DNA of 64,000 nucleotides from Eledone cirrhosa (taxonomy: Eukaryota): contig OZ024742.1 in assembly GCA_964016885.1 (NCBI GenBank), positions 118,048,001 through 118,112,000 on the forward strand, given 5' to 3'. A program made the position numbers and the translations under genes. Each line of letters begins with the position of its first letter. Within the stretch, counting starts at the first letter, position 1. A model generated the notes under the pieces. That model was not told the origin of the DNA. It was given only the letters and a program-made list of their open reading frames with translations, and did no database searches. This document shows, piece by piece, positions 36,801 through 51,144 of this stretch.

Positions 36801-38550
36801 CAGGGACCAGGTCAACAATTTAGTTAAGAATAGGTTGACAGGGGGAGTCGTGAACAATAGAAGGTGGGGGACTCTCAAAAGAGAGATTAGAGTAATGTCG
36901 ATAGAGTTTAGCAAAGAAGTAGCGTTAGAGAAAAATAGAAAGGAGGGGGAGCTGGTAGATAAGTTAGACGAGGCTATTTGTAGTGGCATTGCAACTAACG
37001 TGCTAGCGGTGAGAATGGCATTAGACCATTTCTTCAATGCAAAACACGAAGGTTGCATTGTCAGAGCTAAGGCGCGTGCTCTGAGAAACGAGGGAAACAA
37101 AGCTGTTCGATGGGCCCGCGTGGAAAAGGCGCAGCGTGGTAATAAAACCACGATTCGGTCCTTGACGGACCGAGACGGACGCGAGCGATTCCAAGCGGAT
37201 GTGTGAGGCCTTTCGCCAACGTTTTGCTAGGTTGTTCGGGGGAATTGGTGGGTCAGAGACGGTGGCGGACTTCAGTCCCTACCTCGATGGCAACTCTCGA
37301 CGGCCGACGCTAGGCGCTGCGAAAGGCCGATTACTTCAGTCGAGATTCAGGATGCCCTTGTCGGCTGCATGAGGCGCAAGCACCCGGTTTGGATGGTCTG
37401 CCCTACGAGCTTTACGTAAATATTCCAGACTTGTTCTCCAATCTCCTCGAAGCGCTTTACTGCAACTGGCAGCAGAACGGGAGCATTCCCATTCTGTGAG
37501 CCGGGGCGTAGTGACGCTGATAAGGAAAGACGAGAACAAGAGGGATACATTAGACAATTTCAGGCCCATAACTCTGCTCAACACAGAGTTTAAGATTTTG
37601 GCCAAGGTGTTAACGAAGAGATTGGCGCTTGTCGTCGGGGATTTGGTTGAGGAGGCGCAAACTTGCGCAATCCCAACCAGATCCATACACGACAATCTCC
37701 ACCTGATGCGATACATCATAGAGAGGGTAGGGTGTAAACCTGGCTTCGGTGGGGCTCTGATCAATTTAGATCAATCGAAAGCATTCGATAGGATCAACCA
37801 TCGGTACCTGTCGGCTGGCCTCAAGGCGGCTGGCTTCGGCCCTGTCTTCAGAAGCTGGATCGCTCCAATGCACAGCGGCACCTGCTCGGTGGTCAAAATT
37901 AATGGCCACCTCTCAGAACCGTTTCAGGTCTCCCGATCGGTCCGTCAAGGGTGAATAGCTGTTGTGTGTTAAACGGATCCGGCTATCGGCCGAGTCCATA
38001 GTGAAGATCGACCTGCCGCCTTCTTTTGGCCAGGAAGGGCAGGCAATTTTCCTTTGTCTGGTGGCAGTAGCGAAAGAGGTTGTATGGTGGACCAGGTTGA
38101 AAGGACTGAAGACAGACAATTTTCTCTTCGGCCAATCCATCATCAACTTTTTCAAGTTTCACCTGGAAAGGAAGGTGAGGGTGGAGAGAGAAGTGCTTCC
38201 CCCCAGTACATTTGCTGTAAGGTGGGTGAATGTGGTGAGAATGGCCCGTATGAGTGGGCCTACTCTGGTCATGCGCCTGTAGGTGGGTACATTTGAGGAG
38301 GAGAGGGGTGCCCTTCCAGGGGCTCTCGAAGCGTCGGGTCGTTCAGGTTTGGTGGGGTACCTGAGCGAACCCTGGGTGCTCACTCCCCCCCCCACCTATT
38401 GGGGAATTTTTCTTGTTGTATTTTTCTTGTTACTTTGTTATTGTTATTGTTATTCAAAATGTTTACTCGATTTTTCTGTAAAATCCCACTGTCCCAGTAT
38501 TTTGTATTGTCCTCTATACGTCGGCCCTTGTGGCCAATAAATGAAATCAT
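33846..38550 (+). mobile_element. L1/Tx1-type LINE copy 2, probably 5'-complete, with a large deletion in RT
   Basis: Starts after (TTA)n. ORF1 is in pieces at 34051-35989 with an Asn-rich N-terminus and a CCHC knuckle CFVCREKTHLQAFC. ORF2 starts at 36025 and jumps from VRQG (37950) to the C-terminus. AATAAA, then (TTA)n. Confidence 0.92.
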
Positions 38551-38557
38551 TATTATT

Positions 38558-40168
38558 ATTACTGCACAAACTGGAGACCTTGACGGGGGTCCCGTCGAAC
38601 ATGGATGCGGAAGATCCGTGTCAGCATATGCGGACGATGTCACCGCAGTGGTGTCGAACGCCAAACACATCGAGGCGATCGGCATTACACTAAGAGAATA
38701 CGAAGCGGTGACAGGAGCAATGATCAACCAGGAAAAGTCAGTGGGCCTTCAGCTCGGCACCTGGAGAGGCAGGTCCATGCCGTCCAACAGCGTCGTCGGG
38801 CACTGGACGGACGGACTGGTTAAATTACTAGGGGTCTGGTTCGGTCCGGACCTCCAGACGGAGAAAAACTGGGACGAGGTGACGAGCAGGGTGGCTTCTC
38901 TCACCCAGAAATGGGCGGAGAGGAAGCTATCCTGAAAGGTCGAGCGGAGGTGGCTAACGCGTACATCTCGTCCGTCATCTACTACCACTTGACCGTCGTA
39001 CCTTGTCCTAAGCCCCGCCTGACTGCACTGGAGCGTTTGCTCTTTCGCTTTTTGTGGGAGGGACGCGCTCCGATGGTCAGCGGTCCATCTGCTGTCAACA
39101 CCCTTCCTCGAAGGTGATCAGGTGTGGTCGCCGTTTGCTAGACACGCCTTTCCCCAGCTCGTCTCCTTGACGGAGCTGCAGTCCTGGGTCAAGCGAAGAC
39201 CGAGAGGGAGCGCTTGGAGACTGGAATGTGTTCAGGCGCTCACAGCCCTCGACCAATCGGGGAATGTGATCGGTGGAAACTCCACCTTGGCGTTCTATAG
39301 AGGATTAGTGGAGGGGAAGAGCGACGACGTACTTGGAGAAACTCTAGGCGTTGACGAAAATCAACTAGCCAATCTCTTCGGAAGGACTTTCGGGCCGGGA
39401 CCTATGGACAACTTTCAGAAATCCCTGGCCTGGCAGTGCTACCGAGGAGCTTTGCCAGTTCGGGATAAACTCTACAGCCATGGAGGTGCCGTCAGCCGGG
39501 CATGTCCGAGATGCGCGCAGGGCGACAAAACCGTCCTGCACGCACTCGTCCAGTGTCCGATCATTGCTGACTTGTGGGTTTATGTCGAACGCCTGCTGTC
39601 ACGTGTAGGACGGATCCAGCTATCAGCTGAGTCCATCGTGAGGATTGCCCCGCCCTCTTCCTTTAGCCGGGAAGGGCAGGCAGTTTTTATCTGTCTGGTG
39701 GCCATGGCGAAAGAGATAGTATGGTGGACACGTTTGAAAGGGCTGAAGACGAGCACTTACCTCTTCGGTGATGCTCTGATTAACTTTTTCAAATTTCATT
39801 TGAAGTGGAAAATCAGGGTAGAGAGGGAAGTGCTCTCTTCCCAGCATTTTGTTGAAAGATGGGTGAGAGAGGCAAGAATGGCCCGAGTGAATGGGCCTAC
39901 TCTGAGTATGTGTCTATAAATTAAAGGTGGAAAACTGGGAGAGGGCACTTGCCCTGGTGGTCAGGGTCACTGTGGCCTTTTAATGGGCTTTCTCCACGAA
40001 TATCCCTCGGAAGTCTCCCCCCTATTGGGGAATTTTTTCATTGTTCTATTATTACATCCTCTGTTTCTTTTTTTTTACACGCAGAAATGCCCATTTGTAC
40101 CGCCCTGTATCGTCCTGTACTGTCCTTAATGTCTACTTTATGTAAACCCTTGTGGTTAATAAAGAAAG

Positions 40169-40170
<2 letters not shown>
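38558..40170 (+). mobile_element. L1/Tx1-type LINE copy 3, 5'-truncated (related subfamily)
   Basis: YADD, KLLGVWFG, CPRC..TVLHALVQC; AATAAA at ~40158, then (TTA)n. Confidence 0.9.
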
Positions 40171-40202
<32 letters not shown>

Positions 40203-40204
<2 letters not shown>

Positions 40205-43200
40205 AGTTGCATTTATCTTGCTTTATGTTCATACGAGTTAGCACCAAGTCACAACCAGTGACCTCAAGAGACAACAAGGTCCTCCATGTTCAAGAAAGAA
40301 CATACATACTCACACATGCATCTTTAGTGTTTAGACTTGTGATGTACTTATATTGACAGAATCTTCCTTAGTATATGGGCAGTTCCCATTTCTCCTATAC
40401 GCGGGTTTCCTGGGATCTGCGATAAGTAATCATTAGAGCCCTTAGGTATCATTCCCAGAGCGCCTACAACCACTGGTATTGTTTTAGTTCTCAATTTCCA
40501 CACTTTTCCAATTTCTATCTCCAGGTCCTTATACTTGCTCAATTTTTCAAATGTTTTTATAGATACATTCTTGTCTATTGGAACAGACATATCAATTAGC
40601 AGGCATACCCTCTTTTTAAAGTCCTTCAATATTATATCAGGTCTATTTGCATCTATTTTTCGGTCTGTTTGGATGCTAAAGTTCCACAAGATTGAGATGT
40701 GATCTTTTTCAAGTATGGGAGGTGGTTGATGTTCCCACCAATTCTTTTGATGGGGCAGGTCAAAATGCTTACACATTATCCAATGTATGTATTGTGCAGC
40801 TCTGTCATGCCTGTTTAGGTATTCGGTTGGAGCTATAGGACTGCACATTGAAATTATATGGTCAATGGTCTCTGGTTGTTTTTTGCATACACGGCATAAT
40901 GGGCTGCATCCATTTTTTATTATGTTGGCTTGGTAATTTTTTGTTGGCAGACACTGATTTTGTGCTGATATAATCAGTCCTTCAGTCTCCGATTTCAGTC
41001 CAGAGGATGCCAACCACTGTTGGGTTAAAGTTTTGTCAACATCAGGATTGTTAGCTCCATTACTGTATCTTTGTGCATCTTTTGTAATGGAATATGATCT
41101 TTTGATGCTTTCGTGTTTCAAAACGTGTTTGATCATCCAATCATGTGATTCCCTTAGATATGTAGATAATCCAATTGTTGCAGTTTTCAACGCAATGTCT
41201 AACTGGATTAACCCACGTCCTCCTTCTTTCCTAGGGAGATATATTCTATCTATATCTGCCTTAGGGTGATGCATTCTGTGCATGGTTAAGAGTTTTCGAA
41301 TTTTTGTATCGAGCCTACGGATCTCTGTGCTTGACCAGTTGATGACATTGTAACTGTAGGTTACTACTGGTATGGCAAGCGTGTTTATGGCATCGATCCT
41401 ATTCCTTGCATTCAATTCCGTTCTTAAGATTGCGGTAACATTCCTTCCTTATCCTTTCCCTCATTGTCGAGTGCTTGATTCCGTCTCCTTCACAAACACC
41501 TAGATATTTGTAAGTCTTTTCTTGATCAAGTTCTCTTATCACGTTCCCCCGATCAAGATTAATGTCTGAACTCTTCAGGAGCTTTCCTCTGGTGAACGTT
41601 GCTTTGGCGCATTTATCTAGTCCAAATTCCATTTTAATGTCATCACTGAACTGCTCCACAGTGGATAATAGCCCTTGCAATTGTTCATCATTTTTTGCAA
41701 ATAGTTTCAGGTCATCCATGTAGAACAGGTGATTAATGGTTTTGTCGTAGACTTTATATCCATGTTTTGTTTCATTGAGCATTTTACTTAATGGTACAAG
41801 TGCGATGCAGAATAAAAGCGGTGATAAAGAGTCACCCTGAAAAATTCCACAATTAATATTAACTTCTCCAGCTTCCAGTGATTTTGTTTCACTATTCAAA
41901 AGGAGTGTCGTTTTCCATGTCTTCATACTGAATGACAAAAACCTCCTGACAACGGGGGATATTTTGAAAATCTCTAAACATTTTTCAATCCAACTGTGTG
42001 GCAAACTATCGAATGCTTTTTTATAATCTATCCAAGAAATCGATAGATTTTTGTGTCTATTATGACAATCTTCCAGTATCATTTTGTTAACCAGAAGCTG
42101 ATCCTTACAGCCATATGAGCCTCGTTTACACCCTTTCTGCTCAATGGGAAATAGGTCATTTGTTATCAGGTGGTCATATGTGTATTCATTTAGGACTGAT
42201 GTTAAAACTTTATACATTGTGGTAAAGCAAGTTATCGGTCTGTAATTTTTGGGATTGTTTGTCTCATCATTCTTCGGAAGCAGGAATGTAATGCCGTTAA
42301 CTAGCCATGATGGTATATTTTCTGGCTCCTTACCTATTTCATTGTAAAGTTGGGCTAACAGCTCATGAGACTCTGTGAAGGCATTTATCCAAAAGTTCTG
42401 TATTATGTCTTTTCCTGGGGATTTCCATTTGCTGGTTTTTCTTAGAGCCAAGCGCAATTGTTCAACTGTTATATTTTCCCATATTTGTTCCTCAAGCTGA
42501 GCTGTATCTTTCATTTGTCTGTCTATCCATGGGGCATGTATGTTATGAACTTTTTCTTCGGCCCAGATCTTTTCCCAGAATTCTTGCACTTCCTCCTTGG
42601 GTGGTATTGATTTAGCAGTTATTGTTGACTTACCAATTTTTCTGTAGAAGTTTCTTTGGTTGTTTTTGAACATATTATTGTCCTTATAGAATCTAGATCG
42701 TTTTTCAAAGCGCCTTATACGAGCAGCTTTGGCCGACACTTTTTGCTTCATTATTTCTATCAGCATGTCTATGTCACATGTTGATTTTATACTGTACTTT
42801 TTTTTTAATTTTCTAAGTTTAGTTTGTTTAACATGTTCACCTACTTTATAGTTTGTTAAAATTTCTATGTCAGATCGTAGAGAATTCCTTTGTTTTTTCA
42901 TCTTCACTCCACATAAGTGAGTGGTGACTTTAGCCGATGCATAACAGCGATGATTTAAATCAGTAATGTTTAGTTTGTTTGTGATGATAATGTTTTTGAG
43001 AATTATGTTAGTCTTGTGTATTATCTTTTGGTTCTGTTTGGAGTTTTGGATCTTAGGGAGGGTGTCTCGTTGCCCCATGTCAGATTCTTTCATTTTCATC
43101 CATTCGATCATAATTTCATCCTTCAAGTTGGTAAGTTCATTCTCATTCATTTCTTTATCATTTACGATCTCATTATTTTCATTTGGAGTTTCATCCTGAG

Positions 43201-43310
43201 CATCCACTTTTTCGATCCTTTTTTTAATTTGTTCTGTTGCCAGTGATTCCGCCCCAACCCTGGGGTTTGAAGTGTTACAGTTTACCTCGTTTTCACTGAC
43301 ACATGTTTCA

Positions 43311-43312
<2 letters not shown>
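40203..43312 (-). mobile_element. R4/Dong LINE family A copy 1 (RT + CCHC + restriction-like endonuclease)
   Basis: WKSPG, NYRPITC, QKGC, IDYKKAFDS, GIFQGDSLSP, YMDD; CRVC..ETIDHIISMC; RPDII..LIDMSVP..EKLSKY; flanked by (TAA)n. Confidence 0.93.
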
Positions 43313-43356
<44 letters not shown>

Positions 43357-43370
43357 CATTATTATTATTA

Positions 43371-43488
43371 TTCTGAGTTCAAATCCCGCCGAGGTTAACT
43401 TTGCCTTTCATCCTTATGGGGTGGATAAAATAAAGTACCAGTAATGCACTAGGAAAATTGCTGGTCTTGTGCCAACAGTAGGAACAAT
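43371..43488 (+). mobile_element. tRNA-derived SINE, 5'-truncated, within (TTA)n
   Basis: Homologous to 2143-2265. Confidence 0.8.
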
Positions 43489-43498
43489 TATTATTATT

Positions 43499-46400
43499 CT
43501 TTGAGTCTCAGTCATTGATGTTATTTAACTAGAAAGTTTGTTGAAATGAATATCAAGCCACTACCTGCAGCCTCAGACATTCAGGACGTATCGGAGGGTT
43601 CTTGCTGTTCCCAAGCCTGCCTTTTGAACTGTTCCAAAAAGCGGGGCTAGACTAATATTCTTTAACCATCCTTGGAAACTCTTTGAGTTAGTACCTAGTG
43701 TGCCTATGACAATCGGGACGACCTTGATTTCATGGCAGTCTCAAATCCTTTTTACTTCCCACTTTAAGTGCTGGTATCGGTTAATTTCCACCTTCTCCTG
43801 CTCTTGCACTCTCGTGTCAAATGGGCAGGCTACATCCACCAATCAGGCACGATCTTTTTTCCTTGTCCAAAACCACCAGGTCAGGCCTATTGTGTTCTAA
43901 TTTCTTGTCCGTCTGTATCCTAAAATCCCATAGCACCTTCACCTGATCGTTTTCATCAGCCACTCATACCTCGTCTCAGAATATGGTAAATTATTTACTT
44001 TGCATAGATGCCAGTGGATCACCCTGCCTGGGCTAGGTGTTTACACTCAGATACAATATGATCCATAGTCTCCTCTCTCTCTCCACATATACTATACAGT
44101 GAGCTAGCCTCCTCCATGTCAATATGGTGTTTCACCCACTTCGTTCTGAGGGCCTGTTCTTGCGCAGCCATTAGCATTCCTTCTGTAGCTTTTTTAGGTT
44201 TCCTCTTTTTAACCAGTTCCATGTCTGTGGATCTCTAAATTCCATTTCCTTAAAGAAGGTGCTATGAAGGGATTTTTCATGAAGGTTGCTCTTCTTCCTT
44301 GTTGTTATTTCCTCCTTGGACATGCCCTGGTCTATTGTCTTCTCCTTCAGTACAATTTTGAGCAATGGCTCCCACTGTCAGTCACATATTTGTGCATGTT
44401 GTTTTTCTCAATCTGAACAAGTCCTCTATGCTAAGACCTCTTCCACCTTCAGATCTCTTTAAGCAGAGGCTATCAACATCAGTCCTCTTGTGGAACATGT
44501 TGTAGATAGTCATTAGCTTCCTTGTCTTCCTATCCATTTCCTTTTGTTCAGCAACATTCCATTTCAGATTTCCCACACTGTACCTAATAATAGACACAGT
44601 TCGGGAATTGACTGCACTTATGACATTCCTACTATTTAGATGTGATTTTAATACGCTCCTTACTCTCCTTATGTACTAATATCTTATCAATTCTTTCATT
44701 TTTTTGTTCTTGATGTCATCTGCATCAAGAACACCCAAATATTTGTATCCTTCTTCAGTGTCAATTTCCTTTATCATCTCACCTGTTGGTACCTGGATTC
44801 CGTTACTTCTGTTCAATTTACCCCTCTTAATCACAAGGACTCCACACTTATTAATACCAAATTCCATACATATATCATTGCTAAAAATACGGACAGTGTC
44901 AACAAGTACATCCAACTCCTTCTCACTCTTCCCAAAGAGTTTAAGATTGTCCATGAAGAGGAGGTGATTGATGGTAAGCCCTCCCTTTCCCAACCTGTAT
45001 CCTGCTCTCACTTTTCGCAGTACACTGGACAGGGGCATCAGGGCAAGGACAAACAAATCCCAAGGATTCTCCAGTTGATGTTAATTCTGTTTCCCAGGAC
45101 TTCATACTTTTGCCCAACAACTGTCTGATGTTATTTGCCACCTTGAAGATCTCCAGGCTTTTGGTGATCCAAGAATGAGGCACCATGTCAAATGCCTTTT
45201 TGTAATCTATCCATCGCATGGCAAGACCAGTGTGCCTCCTCTTTCAATTCCTCATTACCGTCTTATCAATAAGTAACTGGTCTTTTGTAACACGGGACTT
45301 CTTTCGGCATCCTTTCTGTTCGTCCGGTAACAAGTTGTTTGTGTGGAGGTGATGGTAGATTACCTCAGACTCAATGCCTGTTAACAGTTTCCACATTATG
45401 GACAGACATGTGATAGGTCTATAGTTGGTAACATTATTACCCTTGATTCGCTCTTTCATTACCAGAACTGTGGTGCCTTTTGTCAACTACTCTGGTACTT
45501 CACCTGACATCAAGCAGTCATTGAACATGATTGCAAATTTAGGGTGGGGAGATTTTATATTTTTAATCCAATACCCTTGAACACCATCTGGGCCTGGTGA
45601 TTTCCAGTTGGTTATTTGGCCTCCCCTTTAAAAGTTTCAACTGTGATACTCAAATCAGGTTGTTGGTGTGCTTGTTCACTTATCTCCTTTTGAACTGTCT
45701 CAATCCACACTGCCTGACTATTATGTTCAACACCTGCTCCCATATTCCTCTCCAGAATGTCTTAGTCTGTTCCGCCTCAGGGATCACGTCGTTGCCTCTT
45801 TCTTTCCCTCTAAGCTGTCCAAACAACATCTTCTGGTTGTTGTCAAACATGCGGTTCTGTCTATACTGACTAATTCTGTTCTCATACCGCCTAATCTTTG
45901 CACTTTTTGCTACAATGCGTTGCTTCAGTTCCTCTATGATAATATTTAGTTAGCTCTTTCCCCCTAGTTTTGTATTTTATTTTCAATCTATCGTTAGTGT
46001 CTATGTTTTGTAGTGACCCATTCAGTAAAGACTTAAGCTTTCCAATGTCTTTTCTCATTTCCTTGATTTGACCATTCAGTCGTTTCTTCCACCAATGTTC
46101 TGATCTTTCTTATTTGTTGTTTCCTCTCGTTTTTATGCCAAGTAATTTCCTCGCGGTTGCTTTCAGGATATTGTTGATTTGGTGAAGGTTCCTCGCCTCA
46201 AGGTATGGGATGACTTTGTTTACCTTATCTGTTGTTTCTCTTAACTTTTTTCTGTCTACAAATCTTAGGTTCATAGGTTTTCCACTATCATTGTTCATTT
46301 CATCTACCACTAAGTTCAGGATATCAACCAAATCTTGCCCTAGCCCGTCAGCATTCATTTCCTCGAAGGCCGTATCTTTGTTCCAGATGTTATTTATTTC

Positions 46401-46895
46401 AGCATTCAGATCCTTGTCTGCTTCGGATGCTTCCTCAGGTCTCTCAACCTCTTCACCTTCATTTCCCACTGGCTCGTTTGCCTGACATACTCCACTCTCC
46501 ATTTCCAACTTAATCTCTCTGCTCAGTTCCTCCAGTTCCAACTCGCTTATCCATCCATTAGTTCTTATTACCCGAGCCTGTGCAGTCAATTTTTGTTCAT
46601 CTAATTTAAATAGACCAATCTTGTTCCAGATGTCATACATCCGTTTCCTATAGCCTTTTTCCATGGGGTTACTCTTCAGGTAACATTTCATGACAGTTCT
46701 ATTCAGTTGGTTCTTGTCCCTTTCCTTCTTCTTCTTCCTCCAGCACCAGCAGTATTTGCATGACAGCCAGGTCCCTGCTGCTGGGCCAGGGAGCACATGC
46801 TGGGTCTTTCACATGTCTTTCACATGGCGTTCTATTTTCCTTTTCACCGTTATTCGAACTGCTTAGGTTCGACATTTAAACACTCATATCGAGGA
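43499..46895 (-). mobile_element. R4/Dong LINE family B copy 1, near full-length, heavily mutated
   Basis: Fragmented ORFs from the N-terminal NRTVMKCY..GYRKRM domain through RT to REL; (TAA)n at both ends. Confidence 0.92.
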
Positions 46896-46913
46896 TTATT
46901 ATTATTATTATTG

Positions 46914-48312
46914 TTCTTTGAGTTTCAGTCATTAATCTTATTTAACTGGAAAGTTTTTTGAAATGAATATCAAGACACTACCTGCAGCCTCAGATATTCA
47001 GGACGTATCCTTGCTGTTCCCAGCAAGCATGCCTTTTGAAGTGTTCCAAAAAGCGGGGCTGGACTAATCTTCTTTAACCATCCTTGGAAACTCTTTGAGA
47101 TAGTACCAAGTGCGCCTATGACAATGGGGACCACTTTGACTTCATGGCAGTTCCAAATCCTTTTTACCTCCCACCTTAAGTCCTGGTATCGGTTAATTTT
47201 CTCCCTCTCCTTCTCTTGCACTCTCGTGTCGAATGGGCAGGCTACATCCACAATCAGGCACGATCTTTTTCCCTTGTCCAAAATCACCAGGTCAGGTCTA
47301 TTGTGTTCCAGTTTCTTGTCCGTCTGTATCCTAAAATCCCACAGCACCTTCACCTGATCGTTTTCCATCACCGACTCTGGCTTATGCTCATACCACTTCT
47401 CAGAATGTGGTAAATTGTTTACTTTGCATAGATGCCAGTGGATCACCCTGCCTATCACATCATGTCTCCAGCCTTTATAGTGAGCCTGGGCTAGGTGTTT
47501 ACACTCGGATACAATGTGAGCCACAGTCTCCTCTCTCTCTCCACAGATCCTACACAGTGGTCTAGGCTCCTCCTTGTAAATATGGTGTTTCAGCCACTTC
47601 GTTTTGAGGGCCTGCTCTTGCGCAGCCATTAGCATTCCTTCTGTAGCCTTTTTAAGGTCTCCTCTTTTTAACCAGTTCCATGCCTGTGGATCTCTAAATT
47701 CAGTTTCTCAAAGAAGGCACTATGAAGGGATTTTTTATGAATTCATGAATTTTTCATGAATTCCTTATGTATGTAATTCCTTCAATTTTTGTTCTTGATG
47801 TCATCAGCCTCCAGAACACCTAAATATTTGTATCCCTCTTCAGCATCAATTTCCTTTATCATCTCACCTGTTGGTACCTGGATTCCGTTGTTTCTGCTCA
47901 ATGTACCCCTATTCATCACAAGGACTCCACACTTACTAATACCAAATTGCATACATATATCATTGCAGTGTCAACAAGCACATTCAACTCCCTCTCACTC
48001 TTCTCGAAGAGCTTAAGATCTTCCATGAAGAGGAGGTGATTGATGGTAAGCTCTCCCTTTCCCAACTTGTATCCTGCTCTCCCTTTTCGCAGTATAATGG
48101 TCAGAGGGATCAAGGCAAGGACAAACAACAAAGGGGACAAACTATCTCCCTGGAAGATACCTCTCTTGATCCTCACGCCTTCCAAGGATTCTCCAGTTGA
48201 TGTTAACTCCGTTTTCCAGAACTTCATACTTTTGCTCAACAACTGGTTGATGTTATCTGCCACCCTGAAGATCTGTAGGCTTTTGGTTATCCAAGAATGA
48301 GGCACCATGTCG
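46914..48312 (-). mobile_element. R4/Dong LINE family B copy 2, 5'-truncated and internally deleted
   Basis: GIFQGDSLSP..FMED; CRICGEREETVAHIVSEC; RPDLVIL..DVACPFD..EKINRY. Confidence 0.92.
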
Positions 48313-48352
48313 AATTTATTATTATTATTATTATATTATTATTATTATTATT

Positions 48353-51085
48353 ACAGTTGCATTTATCTTGCTTTATGTTCATACGAGTTATCACCAAGTC
48401 ACAACCAGTGACCTCAAGATACAACAAGGTCCGCCATGTTCAAGAAAGAACATACATACTCACACATGCATCTTTAGTGTTTAGACTTGTGATGTACTTA
48501 TATTGACAGAATCTTTCTTAGTATATGGGCAGTTCCCATTAGTACTATCTTCTGGTTGTTGTCAAACATGCGGTTCTGTCTATACGCGGGTTTCTTGGGA
48601 TCTGCGATAAGTAATCATTAGACCCCTTAGGTATCATTCCCAGAGCGCCTACAACCACTGGTATTGTTTTAGTTCTCAATTTCCACACTTTTCCAATTTC
48701 TATCTCCAGGTCCTTATACTTGCTCAATTTTTCAAATGTTTTTATAGATACATTCTTGTCTATTGGAACAGACATATCAATTAGCAGGCATACCCTCTTT
48801 TGAAAGTCCTTCAATATTATATTAGGTCTATTTGCATCTATTTTTCGGTCTGTTTGGATGCTAAAGTTCCACAAGATTGAGATGTGATCTTTTTCAAGTA
48901 TGGGAGGTGGTTGATGCTCCCACCAATTCTTTTGATGGGGCAGATCAAAATGCTTACACATTATCCAATGTATGTATTGTGCAGCTCTGTCATGCCTGTT
49001 TAGGTATTCGGTTGGAGCTATAGGACAGCACATTGAAATTATATGGTCAATGGTCTCTGGTTGTTTTTTGCATACACGGCATAATGGGCTGCATCCATTT
49101 TTTATTATGTTGGCTTGGTAATTTTTTGTTGGCTGACACTGATCTTGTGCTGATATAATCAGTCCTTCAGTCTCCGATTTCAGTCCAGAGGATGCCAACC
49201 ACTGATGGGTTAAAGTTTTGTCAACATCAGGATTGTTAGCTCGCTCTGGGTATTTTCCATACAGAGGCTTTTCTTGCCATTTCTTAGCCAGTTTCTGTAG
49301 CAGTTCTTTCTTTGCAGTTACTTTTACCTGCTTTGCTTTTTCTGTGTTTTCCATTTCAGCAGTAAATGGGACTTCTGAAATTTGTAGTCCATTACTGTAT
49401 CTTTGTGCATCTTTTGTAATGGAATATGATCTTTTGATGCTTTCGTGTTTCAAAACGAGTTTGATCATCCAATCATGTGATTCCCTTAGATATGTAGATA
49501 ATCCAATTGTTGCAGTTTTCAACGCAATGTCTAACTGGATTAACCCACGTCCTCCTTCTTTCCTAGGGAGATATATTCTAACTATATCTGCCTTAGGGTG
49601 ATGCATTCTGTGCATGGTTAAGAGTTTTCGAATTTTTGTATCGAGCCTACGGATCTCTGTGCTTGACCAGTTGATGACATTGTAACTGTAGGTTACTACT
49701 GGTATGGCAAGCGTGTTTATGGCATCGATCCTATTCCTTGCATTCAATTCCGTTGTTAAGATTGCTCTTACTCTGCGGTAACATTCCTTCCTTATCCTTT
49801 CCCTCATTGTCGAGTGCTTGATTCCGTCTCCTTCACAAACACCTAGATATTTGTAAGTTTTTTCTTGATCAAGTTCTCTTATCACGTTCCCCCGATCAAG
49901 ATTAATGTCTGAACTCTTCAGGAGCTTTCCTCTGGTGAACGTTGCTTTGGCGCATTTATCTAGTCCAAACTCCATTTTAATGTCATCATTGAACTGCTCC
50001 ACAGTGGATAATAGCCCTTGCAATTGTTCATCATTTTTTGCAAATAGTTTCAGGTCATCCATGTAGAACAAGTGATTAATGGTTTTGTCATAGACTTTAT
50101 ATCCATGTTTTGTTTCATTGAGCATTTTACTTAATGGTACAAGTGCGATGCAGAATAAAATCGGTGATAAAGAGTCACCCTGAAAAATTCCACAATTAAT
50201 ATTAACTTCTCCAGCTTCCAGTGATTTTGTTTCACTATTCAAAAGGAGTGTCGTTTTCCATGTCTTCATACTGAATGACAAAAACCTCCTGACAACGGGG
50301 GATATTTTGAAAATCTCTAAACATTTTTCAATCCAACTGTGTGGCAAACTATCGAATGCTTTTTTATAATCTATCCAAGCAATCGATAGATTTTTGTGTC
50401 TATTATGACAATCTTCCAGTATCATTTTGTTAACCAGAAGCTGATCCTTACAGCCATATGAGCCTCGTTTACACCCTTTCTGCTCAATGGGAAATAGGTC
50501 ATTTATTATCAGGTGGTCATATGTGTATTCAGTTAGGACTGATGTTAATATTTTATACATTGTGGTAAAGCAAGTTATCGGTCTGTAATTTTTGGAATTG
50601 TTTGTCTCATCATTCTTCGGAAGCAGGAATGTAATGCCGTTAACTAGCCATGATGGTATCTTTTTTGGCTCCTTAACTATTTCATTGTAAAGTTGGGCTA
50701 ACAGTGAAATGTGAAGGCATTTATCCAAAAGTTTTGTATTTTGTCTTTTCCTGGGGATTTCCATTTGCTGGTTTTTCTTAGAGCCAAGCGCAATTGTTCA
50801 ACTGTTATATTTTCCCATATTTGTTCCTCAAGCTGAGCTGTATCTTTCATTTGTCTGTCTATCCATGGGGCATGTATGTTATGAACTTTTTCTTCGGCCC
50901 AGATCTTTTCCCAGAATTCTTGCACTTCCTCCTTGGGTGGTATTGATTTAGCAGTTATTGTTGACTTACCAATTTTTCTGTAGAAGTTTCTTTGGTTGTT
51001 TTTTAACATATTATTGTCCTTATAGAATCTAGATCGTTTTTCAAAGCGCCTTATACGAGCAGCTTTGGCCGACACTTTTTGCTTG
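48353..51085 (-). mobile_element. R4/Dong LINE family A copy 2, 5'-truncated
   Basis: 739-aa ORF 48545-50764 has RT (YMDD), CCHC and REL; nearly identical to copy 1; (TAA)n on both sides. Confidence 0.94.
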
Positions 51086-51142
<57 letters not shown>

Positions 51143-51144
<2 letters not shown>

